A stretch of 64,000 nt of DNA from Eledone cirrhosa (GCA_964016885.1 CAXHJY010000640.1:62001-126000), one strand, 5' to 3'; positions 26,527-39,059 are shown, counted from the first letter of the stretch. Program-made: numbers and translations. The notes: generated by a model not told the origin, from the letters alone.

Positions 26527-27359
26527 AACATTATTAGGTTTGGTGCAAATACTACTTCTTAAGTCATTTTTAGTTCACCCCTATCACCATACTTTATACC
26601 ACAGCTCGTGTTTTGACACTAGAGAAAGGTTGATCTCTAGGGAGTAGAATAAATTCAAAGCTTTTAAGTCATGATCAATATATGTAATATGGCTGGTTTG
26701 AGCGTAGTATGTATCATCAATCTCCATTATAATTGAAGGTGATAAATTATATATATTTTTTAAATTAAAACATTTGATGTTAAATACTATCAATTTTTAG
26801 TTTATGCATTTATTTTTTTAATTTTATTTTTTGTTGCATTTTAGCTTCATTATTCCATATCTTAATAGTCTAATGAAATATTAAATTTTCATTGACCTGA
26901 TAAATGATGAGTAAGTGAGAAAATGAAAAATATATATTTTATTTTCCATTAATCATGTGAAATATTTTTAAATTAGTCCCATAAAATTATAAACATATTT
27001 TTTAAAGACTATACTTCATTTTACTCTATTATCATAGTGTATTCCCTTTTTTATCTTGTTTTAAAGATAAGTTTAGGCTGTCAATAAACACTTTAATGTG
27101 GCTTCAATCTTCAGTTAAAGGAATAATGATTTTTTTTTTTTTAGCACACTATGCACTATCTGAAAGAAACAAAAAATACATTTATGGTTTTCACATCGTG
27201 CAGAGTAAGGTAGGTCTGATGGAATTCACTGGTTTATTCAATGTGACCATGTGACTACACCATTCCCAACCTAATGGCAAGGTGTTAACACCTTTGTTAC
27301 AGATGGTGAAAATTTATATTATCATTATGCATTTGAAATGGATTGAGTACTGAGTTTTG

Positions 27360-27640
27360 TACTTTATGACTGGTGCCATGATAAAATGCACCCAGTATGC
27401 TCTGTAATGTGTTAGTGCTGGCACCATGATAAAATGCCCTTAGTACAATCTGCAAGTTGATCGGGCTGGTGCCATGATAAAATAACACACTCTGTATGAT
27501 CGGTGGTATACATGCCAAATATGGACTGTATGAATAAGATAAGGTCTCTCTCTGACTCGTCTATTCACAGACCATAACAACTAGTTCAACCCATGCCAGC
27601 ATGGAAAGCAGACATAACATGATGATGATGATGATGTTGA
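27360..27640 (+). mobile_element. RTE-type 3' UTR fragment
   Basis: tggtgccatgataaaa repeats, aacccatgccagcatgg and a (GAT)n tail. Confidence 0.6.
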
Positions 27641-29263
27641 TGCAAATGCTTCCAAATCAGCAGCCTGATAATGCAATTATAACTTCTGAGACTGTTTGAT
27701 AAAATATTCCGCAATATAAAAAATACTAGGTCTTCGTTGGTCAACTGTAATCCTCATTATGTACAAATATTCTGCAATGTAAAAAATACTAGGCCCTCAT
27801 TGGTTAACTGCAATCCTCCATTATGTACAAAAGAAAGAACAAAAAACTATTTAAACTTCCTTCTCATAATTCTTTCCCTCTTCAACCTTAATTGTCTTTT
27901 TCAAATATACTTGGAATAAGGTTTATAGATTGTACACTATTCATATTTGATCATTCTCACAATCAACCTTATGTAATTTTATATAATGCATAATGTACTC
28001 AAGCCTACTCATTTAATTCCTCTCAGGTTTTCCTTCATTTATGGAAATAAAATTAAATGTTTTACACAAGGAACATAAAGCTTTAGTGCTTCTGCATTAT
28101 TAGGATTTTGAAGTGTTAGAAAAAAAAAAGAAAAAAGAAATAGTTTCTTTCACCTAGAACACTGAACATATTAGTCTTATTAGTAATCTACAAGAGTTTC
28201 TAAAGAAAACTGAAAGTGAGAACATGTTTCTTATGCCTTTTTATTATTTGTTTCCAATCGCTTTGTTCAAAATATTTTTGCTACTGAAATGATATTCTTA
28301 GAAAAGTAGAAAGCAACAAATGTTATGAAAACTGTATTTTATGTATGTTACAAAATGACTCATATTGTTCTCAGGTGACTTTAAAAAGAAAATTATATTT
28401 ACATAGTATTGTACTGCAATAATGCAGTATATACATTCATATACATTGTAAAATTGAGCCTATGAAGCAGTTTAATCAGTTTAATATTTTGTGTAGTCAA
28501 TATACTATTGCATATTTTGAAATGGTAAAATTCTATTGTTATGGCTATTATAAATGATATATATATATATAATCTCCGTTTAACATTCATGCTTGTATGG
28601 GTTAGACGATTTGTCCCATTGTGTGACAAGTCAGATCAGATGACCATGTTTGGCTCATACAGAACAGATTTTGGTTTGATTTCTACAGCTAGATGCTCTT
28701 CTTAACATCAACCACATTTACAGTGTGGACTGGGCGCTTTTTGTCGTGACACCTACATAACCACTTTTCAGTGTAGACTGGACACTTTTTACCATGACAC
28801 CTACACAACCACTTTACAGTGTGGACTGGTGGTTGGGGGACTTAACTGGTGAGGGGTGGGGTGGTAGGGCATGGGTGGAGTGTTAGGACATGGGTGTATG
28901 GAAGGAAGAGAGAAGGGAAGGTGGTGCATACTAGATGTATGCTTCAACCCTTGCCCATGGGAAGGTGGGTTTTCTGTATTACTGCATAACACCAGAGATC
29001 TCGTTCCTGTGTTGTCACCTTTTGAGAGGTGCAATTATACAAGTTCAGTTTTTATCACCTCATCCCAAGTCTTCCTAGGTCTTCTTACTCCACAGCTTCC
29101 AACAACTTTGAGGGCCCTGCACCTTTTTATGCAGCTGTCATCCTTCAGATGCATCACATGTCCATACCACCACAATCTTCTCTCCTGCACACTGCTTCTA
29201 ATTCCTCTTATTCCCAGTTTCTTTTTCAGTTCATTTATGCTTTGCCGTTCATTTATATTACTA

Positions 29264-30251
29264 CTAGCAGTAAAGCCCGGCGTTGCTCGGGGTCGCTCAG
29301 TAGCTGTGTTAAAGTTACAATGTTAAGTTTCTTTTTTGGCTTAAAAACTGTAATGTCTACTGTGCAGACTTGCATGTGGTGTTTTTGATTAATATTCCCT
29401 CAACCAACAATATGCCTTATGAAGTTAAGAAAACATAACGATAACCCGAATGTTATAACAAAAGAGGATGCTGGGGATAAAAACTGCACTGGTTATTTAT
29501 TAACAAAGATCGAAAATGTAAACACTGCAACGCAGAGAAAAACATTAGCGTAACCAAATTATCAGTTATGTCTGTCTGCACGCCTATATCACCTCTCTGC
29601 ACGACTGTCTGTCTGCACGCCTATATCACCTCTCTGCACGACTGTCTGTCTGCACGCTTATATCACCTCTCTGCACGACTGTCTGTCTGCACGCCTATAT
29701 CACCTCTCTGCACGACTGTCTGTCTGCACGCGTATATCACCTCTCTGCACGACTGTCTGTCTGCACGACTGTCTGTCTGCACGCCTAACGACGAAATATT
29801 TGCTTGTTTTACGTAGTCTTTAAATAGACTTGTTTTCAAGTAAAAATATTGTTTTAAAATGCTTTTAAATGGAAATGAAGCAAAACGGAAGCTTAGTGTT
29901 CGAACTGATGAATTTTGCAGGTCAATATTTTGCTGGCTCGACGACAACTGTTCGTGTATTGTGTTAATGTCATTTTAAACGCTGAGAAAGCCAGCGTAAT
30001 TTTTTACGTAAGACGCTCAATGTAAACAGAACAAAGGGAAATAACTGATAACTTACGCTCAAAAATCGATACATTATATTCGATTTCGTCACATAGGGTG
30101 GGTCAATTTGAAATATTTTTTTTCCGATGTCTTCGCTAGGGCTCAATGTACAAGTATAGCAATTTCGGTGCAATTCCGTCAGAGATTCTAAGAGGAGATG
30201 TGTGCCAAAAATCGATAGACAGACAGACAACCACAGTTTTATATATATAGA
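29264..30251 (-). mobile_element. Non-autonomous Helitron
   Basis: The minus strand starts a|TCTATATATATAAAACTGTGGTTGTCTGTCTG and ends CCCGAGCAACGCCGGG hairpin-CTTTACTG-CTAG|t. The host RTE rejoins exactly (tgtaa|tagtaat) with no TSD. Confidence 0.9.
29569..29787. repeat. 37-bp minisatellite inside Helitron
   Basis: tgtctgtctgcacgcctatatcacctctctgcacgac x5 plus two partial units. Confidence 0.95.
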
Positions 30252-30773
30252 TTACACATTCATCGAAGCAAGCAAACTTCATTTCTTTCCAATCTATGCA
30301 GATCCTTTGCTCACAGTGCCCGTGTCTCACTGCCATGTAATATTGCTGTTCTTATGCACACCTATTCTGCCCTTCATTTTGAGGCAAAAGCCTTTTGTAG
30401 CTAGCAGTGGTAGTAGCTCCTCGAACTTGTTCTATCCTGTTCTCATTGTACTTTTGGAACACCTATCTCCGTTGGTAATTTTGTCACCCAGGCAACAGAA
30501 ACTGTCAACTGCTTCCATGGCAACCTCTAAGATTATATATATATATATATATATATATTTCGTTTCTGAATTTGTTTAGCAAGATTCTTTATCTGAAATC
30601 GTGTGTTGAAACCGATATTGTTATACTTTGGGAGGGTCATGTTGCCAATAAGAAACACACGCACCAGTTGCTTTCACTTCAATTTAATTTATTAAATATT
30701 TATAAATTTACAAATTTATAAATTTCTGGTTGGTTGGTTGGTTCCACAACCAGATAGTTGTTTATATATATAT

Positions 30774-30818
30774 AGTCATAGTTCTTTCGTCACACACTCT
30801 GTGACCTCTTCAGTGACT
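30774..30818 (-). ncRNA. Mirror copy of minimal hammerhead motif
   Basis: Exact reverse complement of 32458-32502. Confidence 0.8.
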
Positions 30819-31123
30819 GGGGATTTCGTTCTTCGTTTCTGTGTCTTTCCTTTCTTCTATCCTACGCCATTTTGTTTGTGTGTGGGTTGCGTGCTCAGTT
30901 TGTGCATGCGCCACATCCGGGTGTCTGTGTGTGTTTGTGTTCATTTTTCTATTTTTCTATTTATATTTTTCTATTTGTTTGTTTATTTATTTATTTATTG
31001 TTGGTTGGTTGTTTGTTCTATGTGTGTGTGTGTTTTCATTTTGTCTTGTGTGTGTTTTCATTTTGTGTGTGTTTTCAATTGTAAGTTGTTTGTTCTATGT
31101 GTGTGTGTGTTTTCATTTTGTCC

Positions 31124-31768
31124 TTAATTGTAAGTTGTGATGTTGCTGTTCCACTCATATTTTCTATTTAATTTTGGTTTTAATTCTTTTATGCTTACTG
31201 CCTCTGTAATTTGCCTAAACATTGCGTCTTTCTTGTGTGTGGATTCTATTTTTATTTCTATGCTCTCTAATTTACCCCTGTGTTCTATCTTAGCATGTTG
31301 GTAGAGCACAGATGATTCTTTACTATCTTGGAGGTCTCGCCAGTGTTCATTTATTCGTTCCCCTATACTACGAGCTGTCTCACCTATGTACACTACATTT
31401 TTGTTTCTACATTGTCCTTCAGTACATCTTATGCTATATACTACATTTCTAGTTTTACAGTTAATATGGGGGCTTATTTTACAGGTTATACATTTCTTAT
31501 CTATACATGAGGGTCTTTGGAACGGGTATGTCTTGCTAATAAGTGTTTTTACGGAGGTACCAGGTCTTTCTACTATCTTAATATTGAGATTATGTTTCTT
31601 TAGGGCCCTTCTAAATTTGTAGGCTAGTTCGCCTCTAGGGGTTGTATTGATGAACATTACACTCTGGTATTTATTGCTATCATACCATGAGTTTATTCTA
31701 TTGGCCTTGTTCTTAGTTCTTTCTATTCTATTCCAAAATTTGCTCCTATACAAGGGGCAGGTCCCATT
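31124..31768 (-). CDS. PLE ORF C-terminus: linker + GIY-YIG endonuclease (partial)
   Basis: CIDKKCITC...NCKTRNVVYSIRC...YIGETARSIGERINEH...LYQHAKIEH...RQITEA...LNRK. The first ~60 codons of listed ORF 31124-31948 come from the inverted arm. Confidence 0.88.
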   Translation of the reverse strand, partial: NGTCPLYRSKFWNRIERTKNKANRINSWYDSNKYQSVMFINTTPRGELAYKFRRALKKHNLNIKIVERPGTSVKTLISKTYPFQRPSCIDKKCITCKISPHINCKTRNVVYSIRCTEGQCRNKNVVYIGETARSIGERINEHWRDLQDSKESSVLYQHAKIEHRGKLESIEIKIESTHKKDAMFRQITEAVSIKELKPKLNRKYEWNSNITTYN

Positions 31769-32152
31769 TGTATAGATAAGAAATGTATAACCTGTAAAAT
31801 AAGCCCCCATATTAACTGTAAAACTAGAAATGTAGTATATAGCATAAGATGTACTGAAGGACAATGTAGAAACAAAAATGTAGTGTACATAGGTGAGACA
31901 GCTCGTAGTATAGGGGAACGAATAAATGAACACTGGCGAGACCTCCAAGATAGTAAAGAATCATCTGTGCTCTACCAACATGCTAAGATAGAACACAGGG
32001 GTAAATTAGAGAGCATAGAAATAAAAATAGAATCCACACACAAGAAAGACGCAATGTTTAGGCAAATTACAGAGGCAGTAAGCATAAAAGAATTAAAACC
32101 AAAATTAAATAGAAAATATGAGTGGAACAGCAACATCACAACTTACAATTAA
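31769..32152 (+). CDS. Inverted duplicate of the PLE GIY-YIG domain (partial)
   Basis: Encodes the identical peptide to 31124-31507 on the opposite strand. Confidence 0.75.
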   Translation, partial: CIDKKCITCKISPHINCKTRNVVYSIRCTEGQCRNKNVVYIGETARSIGERINEHWRDLQDSKESSVLYQHAKIEHRGKLESIEIKIESTHKKDAMFRQITEAVSIKELKPKLNRKYEWNSNITTYN

Positions 32153-32457
32153 GGACAAAATGAAAACACACACACACATAGAACAAACAACTTACAATTG
32201 AAAACACACACAAAATGAAAACACACACAAGACAAAATGAAAACACACACACACATAGAACAAACAACCAACCAACAATAAATAAATAAATAAACAAACA
32301 AATAGAAAAATATAAATAGAAAAATAGAAAAATGAACACAAACACACACAGACACCCGGATGTGGCGCATGCGCAAACTGAGCACGCAACCCACACACAA
32401 ACAAAATGGCGTAGGATAGAAGAAAGGAAAGACACAGAAACGAAGAACGAAATCCCC

Positions 32458-32502
32458 AGTCACTGAAGAGGTCACAGAGTGTGTGACGAAAGAACTATGA
32501 CT
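32458..32502 (+). ncRNA. Minimal type-I hammerhead ribozyme motif in PLE pseudo-LTR
   Basis: AGUCA-CUGAAGA-G-GUCACA(GAGUG)UGUGAC-GAA-AG(AA)CU-A^-UGACU. Confidence 0.8.
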
Positions 32503-32672
32503 ATATATATATAAACAACTATCTGGTTGTGGAACCAACCAACCAACCAGAAATTTATAAATTTGTAAATTTATAAATATTTAATAAATTAAATTGAAGT
32601 GAAAGCAACTGGTGCGTGTGTTTCTTATTGGCAACATGACCCTCCCAAAGTATAACAATATATATATATATA

Positions 32673-33370
32673 TGGGTGTTGGAATGAACTCTGTTAAATG
32701 TATGATATGCAGAGGATGCATGCATTGAAAATGTAGTGGTGTAAATGGATATTGATAATTTGGCAGTTACATTTAGGTGTAACATATGTATGAGAATAGC
32801 TACAAATAGAGTGGATACTTTGCTGGATCTTGGGAATGGTGTGAAAACATTTTATTATCTAGGGACATGTAGAAGGGAGGCGGTGGATCAAACTGAGCAA
32901 CAATAGCTAGAGTGAGATATGCATCGAAGAAGAGAGGAGTGTTGCTGAATCTGAAGGGAAAAGTGTGCTGCATATATGAGTAGTACCATGATTTATAAGT
33001 GATAGATATGGGTTAAGAACATGGCATAGTAGAGAAGGCTGAAAAGAACAGAAATGGGAATGGTCCATTTGTGTAGAGCATTGTTCAGAGAGAAGAAAAC
33101 AAACAAAGAATTGTAGAGGAATATGGGAATAGAGCCAGTAATGAATGCTATGAAGAAGAATGGAATGAGATGGCTGGGTCTTGTGTTGAGGAAGGATAAA
33201 AGTGACTTGGTGAAAGGAATTATGGAAGTTAATGTGGAAGGAAGTAGAGAGTGGGGAAAACTAAAAAAAAAACATGGCTGGTGATGATGGAAGACAAAAT
33301 GAAAGCTAGGGGTGGTGAAGGTAGAAGCTAACCCCAGCTTTAACAGGGAAAATAGCCTTAAAATGATTTA
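32673..33370 (+). mobile_element. Old RTE fragment of another PHD-bearing subfamily
   Basis: GVGMNSVKCMIC...H*KCSGV, FYYLGT and MRWLGLVLR motifs; decayed. Confidence 0.65.
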
Positions 33371-33505
33371 ACAGGGAAAATAGCCTTAAAATGATTCACA
33401 CACACATATACTGTTCAAAATAAAACACGTTTTGTGAAAATCGACCAATAATTAATAAAGTTATTAACAATTTTAAATAAGGAGTTTCTTTCCACCCTGT
33501 ATATA

Positions 33506-33627
33506 CAGTGAAATTCCGTTATAACGAAAAATTCTTTATAACGAGAGCGACCTAACACATCAAGCATGTGGCTGGGGATGAAACAAATTTCATTATAATG
33601 GTATTCGTTATAACAGAATTTTACCTG
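33506..33627. mobile_element. 122-bp Tigger/pogo-like MITE
   Basis: TIRs cagtgaaattccgttataacgaa / ttcgttataacagaattttacctg, flanked by TA. Confidence 0.7.
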
Positions 33628-33691
33628 TATATATATATATATATATATATATTAGCAAATCTATCATAAATGATATTTTTTCTTTTCACAG

Positions 33692-33771
33692 GTTATATAT
33701 TTTATCTGATATTGTATGAAATAACTTGACTGTCTCAGATTACATCGAGGAATTACCAGCACCATTGTAAG
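33692..33771 (+). other. Candidate 80-bp non-coding (UTR/lncRNA) exon
   Basis: Acceptor ttttttcttttcacag| and donor AAG|gtaagg around non-repetitive-looking sequence; stops in all three frames. Confidence 0.35.
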
Positions 33772-34439
33772 GTAAGGTTTGATAATGTTTCTTAATAATT
33801 TATACATCTAAGAAAAGAAAATATTTGGTGCATTGGATTTTTCCCCTCTCTCATTATTTAATACTTTGTCTAAATCTTTGTCATCCACTTGATTGACTTT
33901 GCTGGAAAAATAAAATAATAAGCATTTTTAACTGCTTATTTTTAAAATCATTCTTATTTGATTTTATTAAAATTCAATTGACTTGATTTCTTTTCTAAGT
34001 AAATGTGGCACGAGTACAGTACAGTGTGCATGTATGTATAGACCTATAACTCCTGATGTAGGGGTGCTGAAGTGACATATGACATGTCTTGATCATTTTA
34101 AACCTGATGAAGCTCATTTCCTCTCCAGGTGTGAACACAGCTGATTTCTTCCAGAGAAGGAGAGAGAGTTTGTTAGAGAGGAAGTGAAAAAGAGATATAG
34201 AGGGAGAATCAAACCCAGTACTAGACTGGTTCTTTTTTTTATCAACTTCGAAAGGACGTAAGGCTATGTTTACCTTGGTGGGATTTGAACTTAGTGAACA
34301 CAAATCTCAGGAATTAATACTGCAAAACATTCTATCCTACATTCTAATGACTCTGCCTATTTGACACCTTCATGACAGTGTTCTTAATAAAATGTTATGT
34401 GGGAATGCTGAACCATTCAATTGATACAGTTTTCTGTCT

Positions 34440-36210
34440 CTGGTACTGTAGTTGTGAATGGAGGATGGAAACTTCATTACTCAGGTGTGATGCCAAAAAG
34501 GACTGAACAGACGAGAATGGTGATACTCACAAGTCTCTGGCAGTCAGAATGTGTTATGGAATGGATCTCATTGGGAGGGAGGATTTGTCTTGAAACTTAA
34601 GCTGAAAGAAAGGTATCTGGATGGTGCAAGTTTATGCACCAAACAGAGAGTCCGAATACAGATCCTTCTTTGAAGTCACTACATTGTTAGATGTAGTTAA
34701 GACTGAGTCCTATATTGTAATGGGAGACATCAATTCAGATATTGGTACTGATCACCTGACATGGAAAAGAGTGATTAGAAGGAATGGTGACCTAGATCTA
34801 AATGCAAACAGAGAGGCCTTATTGGACTTCTGTTTTAGTAATGGGCTTTCTATTATGGACATTTTCTTCTTGCACAAAGATATCCATAAGTATACATGAT
34901 ATAAGGGAAATCGAGGACAGATGTCAGTAATTGATTTCTTTATTGTCTCTGATCTCTTCAATTCTGTGCTGGGTGTTTGTGTTAATGCTGTCAACTGATC
35001 ACCATTTTGTTATCTGCAACAAGATTACCTAAAGTCAAGAAAACTGACAAAACTGGCTGACCTACTTTGACCTATAGGATAAAGTAGGGAGCACTGGCTG
35101 ATACAGTTGTCAGGGCCAGGTATGCAGATACTATTAATCCAAATTCAGAGATATCCTTGAACAAACTAAGGACATTGAAACAGAATGGATACTGTTCAGC
35201 TCAGTAGTTACTGCTTCAGCTGAAAACAGCTCAGTGTGACTGCAGGTGGCAAGAAGACACCCTATTTCAATCAGAATGTTAAAGTTGCCATCCAAGCAAA
35301 GAAGGAAGTTTACAAAGTTTGGCATGGGAATACGTCTTCCTTCTTACAGTTGCAGTACAAGCAAGCATGAAAAGTCACAGCAGAGACAGTAAAGGCCTCC
35401 AAGGTTAAGACATCAGAAGACTTTGGGGTTAAGCTGGAATACAACTTTAGATGACATGGTACCACTTATCTCATTGGAAGATGATCTTTGACATGCACTG
35501 GATATGTTTGCTACCAAGTGCTGTATACCAGAAATGAAAACCAGTGCTGTGAAGACCGTGGCACTTGTCCTCATAAGGAAACCTGCACATTGAACTCTGC
35601 ATATGAGCAGATTTACACTGAAGCTGGTGAAGTTCAAGTGTCTCAATGCCATTTTTGCACAAGTGACTGAAGACATAAAACTGAATTACAAGCAAGAATT
35701 ACCATACCTGAAGCAGTAACGTTCCAGCTTTAGCACTTGGTCATCAGAAAGAGAGTGGTGTAAAAGCTAAACTTATTATCTTCAATTTGGTGTCTGAGCC
35801 TACTCTTACATATGGTCATGAATCTTGAGTAATGACTGAAAGAATGCGATTACAAATACTAGCGGCCAAAATGGGGTTCCTTCGAAGGGTCTTTAAAGTA
35901 ATAAATACTACTTGATAGCTCAGAGATCAGGGAGTCTCTCCAAGTAAAGCCACTACCTCGTTGAATCGAGAAATCACTGCTCTGGTGCTATGGACATGTG
36001 GTTAGAATATCTCAGTAAATAATCACCAGTCAGATTTTATGGGTAAAGACAACTGGCAGGTCCCAGAGGTAGACAATGAGCAAGATGGTTGGATAACATC
36101 CAGCTGGATCAATTGGAGACATTTGCTTCTGATAGGATCCTCTAGGTGTTTCTGATGATTTTTTTCCCCCATGACTGTCTCAGAAATAAGTGAGCAAGGA
36201 AGAAGAAAAG
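34440..36210 (+). mobile_element. Degenerate RTE family B LINE, EN + deleted RT + 3' end
   Basis: VQVYAPN, VMGDINS and LLDFC motifs, an internal deletion at ~35450, then the RT C-terminus. Confidence 0.85.
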
Positions 36211-36584
36211 GCATACCTATAGTTTTAGTCAGACTCCCTCCTCGTGTACGTTATGTTGCAGTGGTCCTTATACAAACACTGCCTCAGTAAATTCACATTT
36301 TAACCCATTTGTTGCCATATTTTTAATGAAAGTCACTGCTTATATTTTTGAAAATAATCAATTTAGAACAGTTTGGTAATACAACTAACTTTCTCATTAT
36401 TAAGCTGGTGTTTGAATATAACTTAAAGGTTTTTTAATATTTGTAAACACATTAAAATAAACAGCTTTGTATCCTAAACAAGGGGTGATTTCAGGTAGTT
36501 TGGTATCAAAAGGGTTCATTTTCACAGTACTATTAGTTAATAATTGGCACAAGATTTTGATGTTAGTCAAGGCAAGAATATATT

Positions 36585-36772
36585 CCCTTTAGCATTTACA
36601 TTACTTTATATTTACTGTAAACACTTTATCTCGCATAATATCGAATGTACAAGATTTTGATATTATTTATTTTGAAAACAGTACCTTAACATGAGCAGCC
36701 AGTTATCGCCGGTTTGAACAGAAAGAAGTGAGAGAATCTTGGCCGGATATGGCTGGTTTAAATGCTAAAGGG
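36585..36772. mobile_element. Short MITE with CCCTTTAGCATTTA terminal inverted repeats
   Basis: ccctttagcattta ... taaatgctaaaggg|ttaa. Confidence 0.65.
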
Positions 36773-39059
36773 TTAAATCATTTGATAAATAAAATCTGCA
36801 AATCTTCATCACCATTGCTTTAACATCCACTTTACATGCTGCTGTAGAATAGCCCCAAAGTTCGAAGCTGGTTTGGAATTCTAAGAATTCTTTTCAGTGG
36901 GTTTTAGGAACACATTAAACTGATTGATGCTGTTATCCAAGAAGCTTTTGGCAGCATGGAAGAGAACTTGACACCCATAGATGTAATATGTTTCTGCTTG
37001 TATTCTGATTTACTGAAATTGGTGGACGAGTTGATGATATAAATGCCAATTTTTAGATTTTTAGATTTGATTGTTGAGTTGATCATTGAGGAAAGATAAT
37101 CGAGTATGCACTCTTAAAAGCATTGTATTCTCTTCCTCTTTTGCTTCCTTCTCTCCTCTCTCTTGCCAGCTTCCATCTGTTTCTTCTCTCTCCTCCTTTC
37201 TCCTCTCACTTTTCCCCTTTGTCTTCTCTCTTCCCATCCCCCTCTCTCTTGTTAAAAATCTATTGATTTGAATTTCAGTTTTTATAACTCTGATCCTATA
37301 AAATACTTCTGCATGTTATCAGGTTATATTCTATCTATTGTCAATTTGAAGATACAATAATCCCTCAGTTTGTGTTTTTCAAGGATTTTCTATTGACAGT
37401 ATCTTTCTATTCTTGTTTTAACTTTCATTGGGTTAGTATAGTAATCTTTGATATGATTATATGAAAACCTAGCATTAACATGCAAAAATTGAACAAAAGC
37501 AAAAAAAAAAAAAAAAAAAAAAACTATAGAAAAATAAATGATAGTTATAAGAGAAGCTTCTATTTTTCTCTGTCAGTTATTTATTAAAAGAACGACTTTG
37601 GTAACCTGTTAGATTATCACATGATATTTGGCCCCCAATACACATAATTATGTTAACTGATATTGCTATTGGTTACTATGTAAAGTAATGTTGTGACCAG
37701 CTTCTATGAACCTAATTAATACCGTAACTTGATTTTCGTGTATTAATACTGATGTATATACTGCTCACTAGAAATAAGATTATTATTCCATGCAGTATAA
37801 TAGTGTAAACGACATAGCTACAAATGTAAGAGTGAATATCTTTTTATTAATTTCCTGGTTTCAGGAACCATGCTGGGGCACTAATTTCAAGGGTTTTACT
37901 TGTTTATATTGGCCCTATTATTTATTCTGGTCTAGTATTTATTTTATTGATCTGTATTTATAGAATAACCAAGTTATCATTTGATGTAAAGGGACATGCC
38001 AATTTACAATGACATACCCCCCCCCCATACACACAATGAAATACACTCATAAAAGACATGAAGTAGGATCAAAGCTGATGCCACGTGGTTGTAAAGCAGA
38101 CTTCTTAATCATATAGCTACCCAAACATGTGTATTGTCTGTCCCATGATTCATTTATATGTTTTAATATTTTACAAGAGAAATATTGCAATAGGGAGTTA
38201 GAAATTGATTTCATAAGAATGAACATTGAAATATTAGTGTATCATTGGAAGAAATAAAATATTTTGGGTGATGCTAATAATTTCTTCAGTTTTGGCTTGT
38301 TGAAGTAAATGGCCACTTTCATTCTCAAATTTTAGGTATTATATCAATAAAAGCAATATTACTTTGGTTGATATTCTATAAAGAGATCTTACTTGATCCA
38401 TAACTGGAACAGGTTAGAAGGAATATTGAACTCAATTCTATTGCTGATGGTAGGAGTATTAAATTTTACCTTTCATTGGAGCTTTTCAAGTTGTAGATCA
38501 AAAACAGTCAACACAATCTGTTGTGCAACACTTCTCATTTATCACATTATTTATCTCTCTCCAACTTGCCTTAGCAAACAAATATAATTTTCATTTAATG
38601 CAATTCATTTTTCATACATATAAATCACCTTTAGTTTTTAGTTTTTTTTTAGTTTGCTTTTGTCTTTATTGTTTTGTCAAGGAGGGACAGGCAGTGCCCA
38701 TGACTCCTATCAGAGATTCCAGGACTGGTGGAGTGGAATGATTGAGTAAGGTATCCTTAGCCCACAGCCCTGGTCTGAAGGCTTGGAACAGAGTGGAATT
38801 TTCTAAAGGCACCCAAGAGTTAGGTGGTAATGTTAAACTGGATGACATTAAATCTACTACCTTCATTTTATTTCATTGCATATTTTCTGCTATGGATACC
38901 AAACCACGAAGAGTTGTTTGATCTGACTTGAAAAGCTCTGATGAAAGTTAAAATCTAATATTCAATACTTGGGTAACAATAAAGAAGATACAAATATACA
39001 GAGGCATTACACAGTCCTTGTGCAATTTAGAATTTTTATGTTAGTTCTGTATATTATAG

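Larger units (their letters stand above)
28570..30525 (-). mobile_element. RTE family A 3' fragment interrupted by a Helitron
   Basis: 30252-30525 and 28570-29263 rejoin into contiguous RT C-terminal/3' UTR sequence homologous to 21820-22740. Confidence 0.85.
30558..32661 (-). mobile_element. Penelope-like element (C-terminal GIY-YIG), 5'-truncated with 893-bp inverted duplication
   Basis: GIY-YIG ORF; arms 30615-31507 and 31769-32661 are near-perfect inverted copies; (TA)n on both sides. Confidence 0.92.

Noticed and set aside
29569-29787. 37-bp repeats as a CRISPR array
   Set aside because: The units are contiguous with no unique spacers, sit inside a Helitron in eukaryotic DNA, and have no cas genes.
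30738-31140. Hydrophobic Cys/Val/Phe-rich ORFs (and mirrors at 32136-32538) as membrane proteins
   Set aside because: They are antisense translations of the low-complexity CA/AAAC-rich PLE 3' UTR.
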